Shown one piece after another: positions 32,366 through 44,173 of a DNA stretch of 64,000 bases. The translations under genes and the position numbers were made by a program. The DNA is from Vicinamibacterales bacterium (GTDB lineage: Bacteria; Acidobacteriota; Vicinamibacteria; Vicinamibacterales; UBA8438): assembly GCA_965206705.1 (NCBI GenBank), contig CBDBKJ010000004.1:1114703-1178702 (forward strand), written 5' to 3'. Positions within the stretch are counted from its first letter, which is position 1; each line of letters opens with the position of its first letter. Below the pieces are notes generated by a model. It saw nothing but the letters and a program-made list of their open reading frames with translations. It made no database searches and was not told the origin of the DNA.

Positions 32366-33308
32366 ATGGAGACACGCGACTGGTCGCTCGTGGTCTTCAC
32401 GGTCCTGACCCAGGCGGCGGTGGGGGCGTTCCTTGTCCTGCAGGTCCTGCGCTACCTGACCACGCCGCGGAACCGCCGCGCGCCGGTTCCGCTCGTGGTC
32501 GTGCTGGGGGTGCTGTCGGCCGGCCTCTTCGCGGGCCGTCTTTCATCTCTCCACCCCGCTCCAGGCGGCGCGTGCCGTCGTGAACTTTTCTTCGTCGTGG
32601 CTCAGCCGAGAGATCGTCTTCGGGAGCCTCTTCGCGGGGCTGTTGGGTGCGCTGGCGGCTCAGGAGTGGCGCGCGGCCAGCTCAGCGCCAGCGAGTTCAG
32701 CGCCGAAGGCAAAGAAGAGGCGGGCGGCGCTCGCGACGTGGTTGCCGCGACTCGCGGCGGGGGCCGGGCTGGCGTTCGTGGGCTGCCAGATCGCCATCTA
32801 CCTCCTGCCCGCCCAGCCCGCCTGGTACAGCTTCGCCACACCCGCCGCTTTCGGGGGCACGGCGCTACGGCTGGGCATCCTCGGCGTGGCGGCGGGGCTG
32901 GCCGTGCGGGGCCTCGCGCCGGAAGACGACGACCAGGCTCGGACCGGCGAGACGTCGCCGACTGTCCTGCGCGGACTCGCGCTGGCCGGCATCGCGGCGC
33001 TGGCCGTGGAGTTCGTCGTCGTGCCCCTCCATCTCGCCGCGCTCGCCGCCGACCCCCTGCCGGCCGCCGCGGCGAGCGCCGCGCGGCTGACCGGCGACTA
33101 CGGCGGCGTGCTCGTGCTGCGGCTCGCGCTACTCGGCGCGGCGGCCGCGGGGCTGGGCGGCGTCCTGGCGATCATCCGCGGCTCGTCCCGGCCGTCCGCG
33201 CGTCGACTCGCCTCCGCCCTCGCGTGCGGGGCGCTCGGCCTCACCCTCGTGTCGGAGGTGTGCGGGCGCTTCCTGTTCTACGCGATGCGGGTGAGGGTGG
33301 GCATTTGA
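32366..33308 (+). pseudogene. DmsC-like membrane anchor, frameshift near 32530-32580
   Basis: WSLVVFTVLTQAAVG, then SSWLSREIVF...EVCGRFLFY in a different frame. Confidence 0.8.
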
Positions 33309-33443
33309 CCGCTCCCGCATCGAACCACTTTGGGGTCGGCCCTTGACCGATTCCTCGCCGAAGGATGGTGGGGGTCGGCATTTGACCGCTCCCGCGTCGA
33401 ACGATGGTGACGGTCGGCACTCGACGGCTCCCGCGTCGAACGA
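33297..33443 (+). repeat. About 39-bp imperfect tandem repeat, about 4 copies
   Basis: GGCATTTGACCGCTCCCGCRTCGAAC recurs across the dmsC/dmsD junction. Confidence 0.75.
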
Positions 33444-34128
33444 AGCGCCGACCGTCCCGTCCGAGTGGCGACGGTGGCAGGAAGAGCAGGCCATCGCGTA
33501 CCACTTTCTCAGCCGGTGCTTCTACGAGACGCCGCGCGCGGAGTGGCTGGCCGCATTCGCCGGCGACCGGCTGTTCGAGGCTTGGCCGTTCCCGTCCCGC
33601 GACGACCGCACCGCCGCGGGGCTGGCATTGCTGAACGCGTTCTGCGCGGGGTGGGACCCGGCCGGGCTCGGCGCGCTCGAGTGGGACTACAACCGACTCT
33701 TCGTCGGCCCCGGCGAGATACTGGCCGCCCCCTGGGAATCGGTCCACCGCAGCAAGACGAAGCTCACCTTCCAGGAGCCCGCCCTGCAGGTGCGCGCGAT
33801 CTACGAGCGCTTCGGGGTGCAGGCGCCGGCCGTCCACCGCGAGCCGGACGACCACCTCGGGCTCGAGCTGGCGTTCGTGGCGACCCTGTCGGACCTCGCC
33901 ACCGGGGCCGCGGCCGGGGACGACACGGCGCAGCTCGCCACCTGTTTCCGGACCCAGAAGGACTTCCTGCAGGACCACCTGCTCGCGTGGGCCCCCGCCT
34001 GCCTCGGGCTCGTCGAGGAGCACGCCGAGACCGACTACTACCGCGGCGCGGCCCGCCTGGCCCTCGGGTCGCTCTCCGAGTCGGCGCGTCTCTGCGGCGC
34101 GGGCGCTGGCGGCAACCCGCCCCGGTGA
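33343..34128 (+). CDS. TorD/DmsD family chaperone
   Basis: DYNRLFVGP, APWESVH, REPDDHLGLELAF and HLLAW; start uncertain. Confidence 0.9.
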   Translation: MTDSSPKDGGGRHLTAPASNDGDGRHSTAPASNEAPTVPSEWRRWQEEQAIAYHFLSRCFYETPRAEWLAAFAGDRLFEAWPFPSRDDRTAAGLALLNAFCAGWDPAGLGALEWDYNRLFVGPGEILAAPWESVHRSKTKLTFQEPALQVRAIYERFGVQAPAVHREPDDHLGLELAFVATLSDLATGAAAGDDTAQLATCFRTQKDFLQDHLLAWAPACLGLVEEHAETDYYRGAARLALGSLSESARLCGAGAGGNPPR

Positions 34129-34137
34129 CGCACCGTC

Positions 34138-34713
34138 GTGATCGCCTTGTCTCCGCGCTTCACGTCCCATCGGGAACGGCGCCTCTGGGCCTGGACGCTG
34201 GCCGTCGTGGCCGCGATCTACTCGACCCTCGGCCTCGCGCGGACGCTGGCCGCGGTCCTGAGCGACAGCGGCCTGGGCGCGGGGCTGTTCATCCTCTGCT
34301 GCCTCCTGGTGCTGGCGGCGGTCGTGACGCAAGGGCTGAGGACGCGGCCGGGCAGCGCCGAGATCGGGGTCGCCCTGGGCGTCGCGGCCGCCTACATCCT
34401 GGTGTTCGTCCGGATGTCCATCGCGACCGTGCGCTCGCACCTCATCGAGTACGGCGTCGTGGCGCTGTTCATCCACGAAGCCCTCACCGAGCGGGCGAGC
34501 CGGGGCCGCCGCGTCCCGGGGCCGGCGCTGCTCGCGGTGCTGGCGGCCGGCCTCGTCGGCGTGCTCGACGAGTGCATCCAACTGCTGCTGCCCAGCCGCG
34601 TGTTCGACCCCGTCGACATGCTGTTCAACGCCCTGGCCGCCGTGATGGCGGTCGGCGCAAGCAGTGCGCTGCACTGGGCGCGGCGGTCGAACCCGTCCAC
34701 ACTTGGCAGGTGA
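34138..34713 (+). CDS. VanZ-like membrane protein
   Basis: HLIEYG, LDECIQLLLPSRVFDPVDMLFN. Confidence 0.75.
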   Translation: MIALSPRFTSHRERRLWAWTLAVVAAIYSTLGLARTLAAVLSDSGLGAGLFILCCLLVLAAVVTQGLRTRPGSAEIGVALGVAAAYILVFVRMSIATVRSHLIEYGVVALFIHEALTERASRGRRVPGPALLAVLAAGLVGVLDECIQLLLPSRVFDPVDMLFNALAAVMAVGASSALHWARRSNPSTLGR

Positions 34714-34783
34714 CCGGCATGCGTCCCATCCGGTTGAGCACTCGCTTTGACATATTGACGCACGCTCAATATGCTCAGACATC

Positions 34784-35023
34784 GTGCGAACCACCATCCG
34801 ACTGCCGGACACCCTCCTGCTGGACGCGAAACGCGAGGCGGTCAAGTGCGGCATGACCCTGACGGCGATCATCGAGGAGTCTTTGCGCGCCCGACTGGCC
34901 CGCACGACCGGCGAGCCCCGCACTCGCGTACGGCTCACGACCACGGGACACGGCGGGCTGCGTCCGGGAATCGATCTGGATGACTCGGCATCCCTCCTCG
35001 ACGTGATGGACGGCGTGGAGTGA
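34784..35023 (+). CDS. VapB-like antitoxin
   Basis: MRTTIRLPDTLL...GGLRPGIDLDD; coupled to a PIN gene. Confidence 0.85.
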   Translation: MRTTIRLPDTLLLDAKREAVKCGMTLTAIIEESLRARLARTTGEPRTRVRLTTTGHGGLRPGIDLDDSASLLDVMDGVE

Positions 35024-35451
35024 TTCTCACCGACGTCAACGTGCTGGTGTACGCGCACCGGGAAGATGCGCGCGACCATCATGCCTACCGAGGTTGGCTG
35101 GAATCGACGGTCAATGCCGACGCCGCCTTCGGGCTGAGCGATCTCGTTGTCAGCGGATTCGTGCGCATCGTCACCCACCCGCGCATCTACGCGACACCAA
35201 GCTCCCTGGCGGACGCGATGCGGTTCGCCGAGGAGCTGAGGACGCGCCCCAACCGCGTTTCGGTCTCCCCGGGCCGCGACCATTGGCGGATCTTCCGCCG
35301 ACTGTGCGACGCCGCGGGTGCGAGAGGCAATCTGGTGCCCGATGCCTGGCTCGCCGCGGTCGCCATCGAGCACGGCTGTGAGTGGATCACGACCGACGGC
35401 GACTTCGCCCGGTTCCCCGGACTCCGGTGGCGGCATCCTCTGAAGTCCTGA
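35020..35451 (+). CDS. vapC: VapC PIN-domain ribonuclease toxin
   Basis: DVNVLVYA, GNLVPDAWLAA and TDGDFARF. Confidence 0.92.
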   Translation: MILTDVNVLVYAHREDARDHHAYRGWLESTVNADAAFGLSDLVVSGFVRIVTHPRIYATPSSLADAMRFAEELRTRPNRVSVSPGRDHWRIFRRLCDAAGARGNLVPDAWLAAVAIEHGCEWITTDGDFARFPGLRWRHPLKS

Positions 35452-35479
35452 CGCTCGTCGAGCGCGAAGCCGTGGCAGC

Positions 35480-37481
35480 CTGACGACTGGCCGAGGCGCA
35501 GGTAGCCGACGCCCACGTCGACGAGAAGCTGCAGTCCGCGACGAGAAGCTGCAGTCCGCGCGCTATGCCCCCGGCTCGCGCCTTGGCGACGTCGACGGAT
35601 GCGAAGAACGCCAGGGCGTCGGAAACCGTCATCTCCAGCACGTCGTGGATGGAGCGGCCGCGCCAGGTCAGCTCGAGAACCTCCTCGCGATAGCGCCGGC
35701 CGCCGCAGGCCTTGCAGTCGAGGCGAACGTCGTCGAGGAACGACAGCTCGACCTGGAGGAAGCCGCGGCCCTTGCATTCCGGGCATGACCCCTTCGAGTT
35801 GAAGCTGAACAGCGCCGGAGAGACGCGGTTGGCGGCGGCGAAGGTCCGCCGGATGGCGTCGAGCACGCCGACGTAGGTGGCGGGGTTCGACCGGGACGAG
35901 CGGCCGACCGGCCGCTGGTCGACGACGACGGCCTCGCACCCGCCGGGGCCCCGCAGAGTCTCGATGAGCTCCGCCACGAGCGAGCTCTTGCCGGACCCGG
36001 CGACGCCGGTGACGCACGTCAGCACGCCCTTCGGTATCCCGACGGAGACGTTGCGCAGGTTGTTGGAGCCGGCTTCCGTGACGTGGAACGTGTCCTTGAA
36101 CCGTCGGCGGCTCCGCCTCGGCCGGGCGACCTTGCGCCTCAGCGCGCGCCGTCGCGCCGCCGGCGCGCTTCAGGCCGGCCAAGCGCCCGGAGAAGACCAC
36201 CTCGCCGCCGCCGTCGCCGGCGCCGGGGCCGATGTCGACGATCCAGTCGGCGGCGCGGATGACCGCGGGGTCGTGCTCGACGACGAGCACCGAGTTGCCC
36301 TGGTCGCGCAGCCGGTGAAGCATGGCGACGAGGTGGTCGATGTCCCGCGGATGGAGCCCCACGGTGGGCTCGTCGAGGATGTAGACGAGGTCGACGAGGT
36401 CGCAGTCGAGCTGGCGGGCCATCTTGACCCGCTGGCTCTCGCCACCGGACAGGGTCGGCACGCCCCGGTTGAGCGACAGATAGCCGACCCCGATGTCGAT
36501 GAGGTGCCGCAGGGTGCGGCGCATCCTGCCGACCAGCGTCGCGACCACGTCGTGGATCGGCGCGTAATCGTCGCCCTCCACCAGGTCCTTCAGCACCCCG
36601 TCCAGGTCCGAGAGCTCGCTCTCGACGAGCCGCCCGATGGTCCAGCCCCCGGCCAGCTCCGCCGCGAGCGCCTCGGCGTTGAGCCGGGCGCCGCCGCAGT
36701 CCGGGCACGTGCGGGCCGTGAACAGCCGCCGGTAGGCCTGCCGGCGCACCTCCGGCATCTGGTCCTCGTCCTTGTCGACGTGCAGCCGCTCGAGCTTGCG
36801 GGCCACGCCGTCGAAGGTCCGCTCGTAGGTCTCGCCGTTGTAGACGTGCTCGACGGGTACGCCGTCCGCCCACAGCAGCCGCTGCATCTCGGCCTCGGTG
36901 AACCGCCGGAGCGGCTTGTCCACCGGCACCACCCCGGCATGGACGATCTCCCGCCAGTACCACTTGCCGACGTCGTAGCCGGGGTGGAGGATGGCCCCCT
37001 CTCGGACGCTCCGGTCGAGATCGAGCAGCTTGTCGACGTCGACCGCGATGCGCTTGCCCAGCCCCTTGCAGGCCGGGCACATGCCGTCGGGATGATTGAA
37101 CGAGAACCGGTGCGACCAGCCGGCGTGCGGCCGCCCGCAGCGCGAGAACAGCATCCGCAGGTAGGTGTAGACCTCGGTGACGGTGCCGACGGTGCTGCGG
37201 CTGCTCGCCCCGAGGCGCTTCTGGTCGATGACGATGCACGGCGAGATGTTCCGGATGGCGTCGACCGGGGGACGGGTGAGCTGGGGCAGGCGGCGGCGGG
37301 CATAGGTGCTGAAGGTCTCGACGAGCTGGCGCTGAGCCTCGGTGCAGATGGTGTCGAAGACGAGCGACGACTTGCCGCTGCCGCTCACGCCGGTGAAGGC
37401 GACGAGCCGGTGCTTGGGGACGTCGACGTCGATGCCCTTGAGGTTGTGGGTCCGGGCGCCCCGAATCTCGATGTGGGTCAC
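35480..37481 (-). pseudogene. UvrA-like (class II) ABC ATPase; frameshifted and 3'-truncated
   Basis: GARTHNLK, TGVSGSGKSS, LSGGESQR, ILDEPTVGLH and second TGVAGSGKSS; frameshift near 36130; 20-bp duplication at 35521-35560; ends after GVGYLRLGQ. Confidence 0.85.
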
Positions 37482-37554
37482 GTGCGGCGGCCCTCGCTGG
37501 AATAAGATCGTAACGGTGGAACGACATGCGCTCCGCCGATGCTGCGGACCGCCT

Positions 37555-38241
37555 CTACGAGCCGAAGGCGACGTCGCACGAGACCGCCGACGACGTGCAG
37601 CCGGCGAGGATGCGCTCGAGGGCGTGCATCTCCAGTTCGTCGATGGTGAGGTCGTAGCTGCGGAGCACGTCGACGACGGTCTGCGCGAACCAGCAGCGGT
37701 TCCGGTCGGGAACCCAATCGGCCGCGTCCTTGCCGCCCTTCTCGTGCCGGTTGAGGGCGGGCGCGGCCAGCGTGAGGTTCCGGAGGTCGGCCGCGAACCG
37801 CTCTCTCGTGGCCGCGCCGGCGCGGCAGAGGCCGCTGTCGTGCGCCTCCGAGCGGGCGATGACGTGATCGACGTCGGTCTCGCGGGTCGAGGCGAAGGCC
37901 TCGCAGGTGTAGGGGCTGAAGATGCCGCCGAGCCCGGCGACGACATCGTCCTCGACCGACGCGGGATAACGGTAGTCCCCCGCGTCGTAGGGCGAGCACC
38001 GGTCCTCGTCGGCGACGACGAGCTCTCGCCAGACCTGCCGGTCCCGGCCCGCGGTCGGGTCGGCCGGCCCCGGCCCCGTCGGGCTGCCGCCGCACGCGGT
38101 CAGCACCACGAGCGCGCCGAGAGCGGTGGTCCGGAGCGCCTTCGCACGGCGTCCCCACGCCACCGGGTCGAGGCCGCACGGGCGCCGCCGGCGAGTCCGA
38201 CCCGTCGGCCCGGCCCCTTTTACGACTTCGGCCATGTTCAA
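37555..38241 (-). CDS. Secreted/lipoprotein HNH nuclease (DUF1524-like)
   Basis: Lipobox LTAC; TDVDHVIARSEAHDSG, NLTLAAPALNRHEKGGKD; start uncertain. Confidence 0.75.
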   Translation of the reverse strand: MNMAEVVKGAGPTGRTRRRRPCGLDPVAWGRRAKALRTTALGALVVLTACGGSPTGPGPADPTAGRDRQVWRELVVADEDRCSPYDAGDYRYPASVEDDVVAGLGGIFSPYTCEAFASTRETDVDHVIARSEAHDSGLCRAGAATRERFAADLRNLTLAAPALNRHEKGGKDAADWVPDRNRCWFAQTVVDVLRSYDLTIDELEMHALERILAGCTSSAVSCDVAFGS

Positions 38242-38289
38242 GCCCGCACAGGACCCAACGGCGTGAGCTGGGAGAGATTGGCAAGGGAG

Positions 38290-38680
38290 CGGGCGGCGCG
38301 GCGATCCACCAACTGGATGACGCGAGACGCTCGGGAATCGACGAACAGCGGCGTGTCCGCAAGGTTCCGGATGACGCCCCAGCTGGTGCCCAGTGTCCGG
38401 AACGCGACCGACATCTGCTGAAGCCTCGTCTCGCGGGCGCCTTTGTCGAGAATCACGAGAGTCCCCACTGCCTGTCGCCGGCGGCCCGCAGGCGTTGCAG
38501 GTACCGGTCGAAACGGCTGCAAAGGTCCTCGAAGGCGATCTCCATCGGATCTCTATTCGGAAACGACGGCTTGTGGACGACGCAAGCGGATGCGCGGGCC
38601 GTGTCGTAGGCGTGCGCCAGCACGTCGAGGACGGACTTCCCGGGATGGGGGCCGGTACAAGAAAACGCAGCCGGGTGAGC
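38290..38680 (-). pseudogene. DUF3800-like protein fragment
   Basis: AFEDLCSRFDRYL and LVILDK...PLFVDSRASRVIQLVD spread over two frames. Confidence 0.6.
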
Positions 38681-39309
38681 CCGAAAGCTCAGCGGACCGC
38701 CGAGGCAGCCCTCCCAACCGCAATTTCGATTCTGACGGACCCGCGATACGGCTGTCAAGCACGAGCGGGCGACCGGCCCCAGGGCGAACTCGGCGTCGCG
38801 CGGCACCGGGAGTCAGCCGACGAGCGCAAGCCGCCAGACGGGTGGTGGCGGACTCACGGACTGCCCCCGAGGTTCTGGACCGAAGGTCCCGGCCACGATC
38901 TTGATCCCGGCCGCGATCAGGGGACGCCAAGCTGCGCGGCGTTCTCGCGAAGTGGCTACCTGGTGACGAGCTCGCCCGGTGGTGGGCTCCACGGGTTCGT
39001 CGACCAGTGCTCCGGCGCGCCGCGGCCGAGATTCCGTCGATGGTGGGCCAGGGTCCGGAGTGCTGCAGGTGGGCCGCGGGGAGCCGAGCTCGTCGGGCTC
39101 GTCGCCGGTGGTCCAGGAGTCCGGAGCGCTGCAGGTCGCCGCGGGACCGCGGAGCGCCGTCGGTCGCTGGAGGCGGCACCGACCGGCCCGAGCTCCGACC
39201 AGGGGCCACCCCGGAGCGCTGGTCGACCAGATGGAAGACGAACTGCTCGAGTGGCGGGTTCGTCCGACCCGCGTTTCCGCGGCTGGCCGCGGCTCGAGGC
39301 GTGTGGTCA

Positions 39310-39510
39310 ACAGGTGCCGGGCCCGCCCGTTCGTGGCCGCAGACCTCGCTGTCGTCCTCGCCATCTGCCATCGGCCGCGGCAAGCGGGTGCCGCGACGTG
39401 GAGTCCGACCAGGCTGCCGGTTTGGCCGGGGGCCGCCGCGCCGTCCGCCCCCCGACCGGTACGTCCGATGCGGCGCAGCGAGGTGAGCGCCCTCCGCTGG
39501 AAACGACGTC
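39310..39510 (+). pseudogene. Cre-like tyrosine recombinase fragment
   Basis: ARPFVAADLAVVLAICHRPR and MRRSEVSALRW. Confidence 0.6.
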
Positions 39511-39826
39511 GCCGACGCGGCCGACGGCGATGGGGTTGACCGCCCACTCCTGGGCGGGTTCGGGCTGGCGTCAGAGCTCACGAGCCGGGGCGCATCACAA
39601 CGCCGGACGTGATGCTCGACGAGCCGGATGGTAGCGCACTACTCGGCCGGGGCGACCGCCGAGCGCGGTGCGGTCGTGCGGTACCTCTGAAAAGGCACCG
39701 CGCGGTAGGTTCAGCGCGTCGTTGAGGCCGCAGTGCCTCGATGTACTCGTCCGGCCGGGTTTCTGGCACCGTCCGCAGCGGGGATATCGGACCAGGAACA
39801 CAAACCGCTGCACCCCCCGGCGGTGT

Positions 39827-39991
39827 TCACGGTGCGTAGTGTGGGCTTACTCCAGCCTGGGAGCACGCTCGTTCGTACTCCACCCGCGCTTGCTCGTAAT
39901 CCGCGCTCGCCTTGACCAGCGCCTGCTCAGCCGCGAAAAACGCCTTGCGTGCCTTGATGATCCCGTCCCACTCTCCGTTACGGCCTGTCAT
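39827..39991 (-). CDS. Small hypothetical protein (54 aa, not in ORF track)
   Basis: MTGRNGEWDGIIKARKAFFAAEQALVKASADYEQARVEYERACSQAGVSPHYAP with GGAGGA RBS. Confidence 0.5.
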   Translation of the reverse strand: MTGRNGEWDGIIKARKAFFAAEQALVKASADYEQARVEYERACSQAGVSPHYAP

Positions 39992-40249
39992 GGCTATCGG
40001 TCCTCCCGAACGCTCGTGGTCAACAGCTGGTCAGCGGAAACCTCCTCGGCGAGGAACCGCAGGATTCCGAAGGTCAGCGCCGCCGTTGCGAGCACGGTTC
40101 CCGACCATCCATCGGACGAGCCGGGTTTCCAGAGGTTGGCGACTTCGGTGCGCACGCCGGCGACCTGGAGCCGAGAGCCGCGTGTCCGAGAGCCGCAAAT
40201 CTCGGTCTTCACTTCGGTGCGCAAGTCGGCGATCTGCGTCGAGAGCCGC

Positions 40250-40460
40250 CGTGGTCAAGGTTCGCAATCCGGATCCTCACCTCGGCGATCTGGCCCGGTG
40301 CTCCGCGATCTGCGTCGAAAGTCTAACGCAGTTGCACCTCCCGCCGCGCAACACACGGCGACGGCAGTTCGGCACCGTTGCGGCCGACCTCGCCGCTGAA
40401 TGCGAAGCCGCCCTCTTCATGACCGGGATGCGCCGAGCGAGGTGAGCGCCCTGCTCTGGG
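40250..40460 (+). pseudogene. Cre-like tyrosine recombinase fragment
   Basis: ALFMTGMRR followed, after a frameshift, by SEVSALLW. Confidence 0.5.
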
Positions 40461-41399
40461 CCAACTCTCGCCGCAGAGGGGTGGGGCTGCGGCTGCGGTT
40501 CGCGGCGGCGGCGTTCGAGCGCCAGCGCCCGCCGTTCGCGCCGAGACCTCCCTCGCCCCAAACACCCCGGCCTACGCCGAGGGCGCTCCGCCGCCTCGCC
40601 CGCCTGGGCTCGACGGCCGGCGTCTCGACGACCATAACCTCGCCGGCGTCGACGAATCCCGCCCACCGGAAGAACTCGCGATCTTCCGTCGTGTTCGCGG
40701 AAAGTCCATGCGTGCACCTGCCACACGCTGGAGTCTCAGGTCATGAGCCGGTGCACAGACTCCGCTGGGGAGCGCTGGCGATCCGGAACTGGCAGACAGG
40801 CGCGTGGCGCGCGGGCGACGCGGTATCTGGACGGTGCGTCGGTGGCGGCGCTGCAGCCGTCGGCGGTCGGCCAGCCGACCTTCCGGCTACAGGGACGCTC
40901 TGGGCGCGGCGGTGAGCGCACTGGAGCGAGCCGGCCGGTCGACGCCGACTCCCGTGTTCACGGCCGGCTTCAGAGCCGGAGCCGTCGCTGGATACGCGGT
41001 GCTGCGCATCGACCCGGCCGTCGTCGCACCCGAGCGGACCGGGCCGCAGCTGACTCCCGACGACGCGGCGGGCCTGTGCTCTGGCGTCGCGGCTCAGGCG
41101 CGCCGTCGCGCCGCGATGAAAACTCGTCGGCAGCGACGCCGGCCGCGTCCCGGCGAGACGACGTCGCCCCGTTACGACGCCCAGACCCTCGACGAGCGGG
41201 GCCGGCTTCCCGCCGTGGGGCTCACGCGACCGTGGCCGGAGCGCCGTGGTGGCGGCGCCGGCCGCCCGATCCGTCCGGTTTCACGAGACCGGGGTATGCT
41301 GGTTTCGCATGTCAAAGCAACCCCGGAACTTGAACGCTGTGTTCGGCCGGTTCCGGCGTCGGATGCTGGCCGCCGACCTGTCCACCGGGACGGTTAAGC

Positions 41400-43401
41400 G
41401 CATAACCATGCCGGCCACGAAGACGACCCCGGCGGTGTAGTTGACCGATGTCTCCGGACTGAGGGGCACGCCGCCGCGCAGGGCCGCCACCGGCGAGTTC
41501 GACGGGATGGTGCCGTTGTTCACCAGATCGCCGAGGGCCGGGTCGAAGATGGTCGAGATGTTGAACCCGTTCTGCTGGCCGGGGGTCGGGGCGCGGAACC
41601 CGGTGCTCACGCCGGCCCGCACGAAGCCGACGCGGGCGGACACCTTGCCGTTGGTTGTCGTGCCGAAGTCATCGAAGTTCTCGAGCCGGACCGCGGACCC
41701 GAAGGTCCAGGCGCCGTCGGGGTCGTTCAGCTCGAGGTCGCCGTAGACGGCGACGTTGCTGCGGTTCCACGTGCCCGCGGCGAGGGGCCCGTAGCCGAAG
41801 AAGCCGTTCGAGCCGGCCGAGAAACCCTGCCCACGGCCGAAGGGACCGACCGTCCAAGACGTCGGGTGGCCCTCGGCGGTCTGGTACTGCTCGTTGCGCT
41901 ACTCAGCCCCGGCCGCGATGTTGACCATCTCGGTGGCCGCGTAGGAGACGTCGAAGTTGACGCCGGCCTCCTGCTGCCGGTTGCTGCCGAGGTCGAACGC
42001 GGTCGGCGAGTCGGGACCGAGCGAGGCGTTGACGCTGTCGCTGATGAACAGGTCGGTCTCGTGGGCCCCGATGGTGCCGCTCACGTCCCAGACGAGGCCG
42101 CCCCCGGTGAAGCCGCGGACACCGCCGACCAGGGACACGTCGCGCGCCTCACCGCCGAAGTTGGGGGTAAAACCGCCGGGGAACCGCTCGCGGAACGAGA
42201 AACAGTTCGGGTCGTCGAACACCTGCTGCAGGGCGGCGGGGTCGGCGACGTTGCCGGTCACGGTGACGACGGGGCACCCCGCCGACCCCGTGCCGGCGGC
42301 GAGGAGCGCGTCGCCGACGAGCAGGGTCTGCCCGCCGTCGAGGCTGTAGACCCCGCCCCGCGTGTTCGGGTTCCTGAAGAAGAACCCGCCCGTCACCTTC
42401 TTGCTGGCGTAGTTCGTGTGGCTGTAGAGCTGCACGCCGTTGGCGGCGGTGTAGCCGAAGTTCCCGAACAGCTTCAGATCGTCCTCGACCCGCGGCGAGC
42501 CCCACACCTGGGGCGTATCGGACCCGACGTCGCTGTTGCCCGCCGCCAGCAGCGCGATGGCGTCGCTGCGGGGGGCGCTACGGTTGGTGGGGTTCGAGCC
42601 GCCGTACTCCAGGCTGAGGTTGGCGAAGCCGGTGGCGCCGAGCGGCAGGCCGGCGTTGGCGGCGACGTTGAAGGCCTCGCCGTCGCCCGCGCCGAAGGTG
42701 CCGCTGTTAAGCTCGATCGCGCCGCCCGAGGGGGCGTCCTTGAGCTGGAAGTTCAACACGCCGGCGATGGCGTCCGAGCCGTACTGCGCCGCCGCCCCGT
42801 CGCGTAGCACCTCGACCTGGCGCAGCGCGATGGACGGAATGGCCGAGATGTCGGGGCCCTGTGACCCGAAGGCGACGCCGTTGCCCCCGTGCCAGTCGAT
42901 GATCGACGAGCGGTGGCGGCGCTTGCCGTTGACGAGGACGAGGGTGTGGTCGGGCGCGAGGTTCCGCAGCATCGCGGGCCGGACGACGGTCGAGGCGTCG
43001 CTGATGGGCTGGGTGTTGACGCTGAACGACGGGACGATGGTGCGCAGCTGGTCCTGCAGGTTGACGGCGCCCTGGCTGGTGAGGTCCGAGGACGAGAGCA
43101 CGTCGACGGGCACCGGCGACTCGGCGACGGTGCGCGGCTGCGCGCGCGTGCCGACGACGACCGTCTCCTCGGGGTAGCCCTCCAGCAAGACCTGGATCTC
43201 GTCGGCCGACAGGCCCAGCGCCTCGATCTCCTCCGCGGTCATGCCCAGCACCCCGCCCAGCTCGTCGATCTGCGCCTGCCGGTCGTCCTGGGCGGCAGTG
43301 CGTGCGTCCACCGCGATGGGCAGCCAAGCCATGGTGAGCATCGCCAGCACCACACCGGCGGGCCGAAAAAGAACCGTCTTTCTCCCGTCTCCGATCATCA
43401 T
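41400..43401 (-). pseudogene. TonB-dependent receptor; nonsense codon at 41899-41901 and 3' truncation
   Basis: TonB box ETVVVGTR, ESPVPVDV, LVLVNGKRRH, VEVLRDGAAAQYGSDAIAGV; STGFRAP...LSPETSVN downstream of the stop. Confidence 0.85.
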
Positions 43402-43737
43402 CTTGTACCTTCCATCTCTTTCTCGCATTCCTCTCTGCCTGTTACTTGTTACCGCCGCGTCGCGCCATCTCCTCGCACCCGGGGTTATGGGATAACCTCG
43501 GGCGAGGGCGCCCGCGCCTACGGTGACCCGGAAGTTCAGGGGGGCTGCTGAGGACACTGACCGAAATTAACTTGCCTTGTGCCAGGCGCGCCAAGCTGCA
43601 GAAACGGGGCTGCGCCTGGGTGCAGTTGGCAACTTCAGGCGTTCGAAGAACGCAAAACCAACAACCGGCCGGCCTGGGCGATGGCGGGCCCGGATTTCGT
43701 CCGCCTTGCCGCCAAGTGGGACAGCCCCTGTTCGTGC

Positions 43738-43791
43738 CTTGAGTCGCAGTACCTCGCGAATCTTCCTCATCAGCAGCCTCGATGCCGGCAT
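43738..43791 (-). pseudogene. IS21 family IstA N-terminal scrap
   Basis: MPASRLLMRKIREVLRLK. Confidence 0.65.
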
Positions 43792-44173
43792 CCCGCTCGC
43801 CCTCCCATCGAAAAGGGCGACAGCATGCCGGGTCAGGCTTGCACTACGTTCTTGATATTGCAGAGCATTCTTAGGTTGGCGGCGCGGCGGCGAACGGCCG
43901 GCCAGTGGCAAGGCGTGTCACCGCGCTGGTGACCTAAGAATGGATTGGACTGAACCGCTGCTCCGCTGCTGGACTATGGGCGTTGTATCGTCGGGAGGTA
44001 CTGCTGGGATGCCGGCGACGGGGTCGTACGTGGAGGTTGCCGGCCGACGCCGGTCGGTGAGGACGGCCACGAAGGTCGTCCCGCGACGGTGCTGGAGCGT
44101 CGGAGACGCAGGTCGACCGGCCCGGGAACCCCGGGAACTGCGGAGGGTGCCTGGCGGGCGTCGGTGGGCCTCG

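Noticed and set aside
33297-33443. Possible CRISPR array
   Set aside because: Units are contiguous, degenerate and in-frame coding, with no unique spacers and no cas genes.
41899-41901. Amber read-through or recoding (also TAG at 5483)
   Set aside because: Both genes carry additional truncations, so simple nonsense mutation is more likely; no pyl genes seen.
43400-43560. Riboswitch upstream of the TonB receptor
   Set aside because: Only an imperfect palindrome (about 43471-43507); no cobalamin or TPP consensus recognised.
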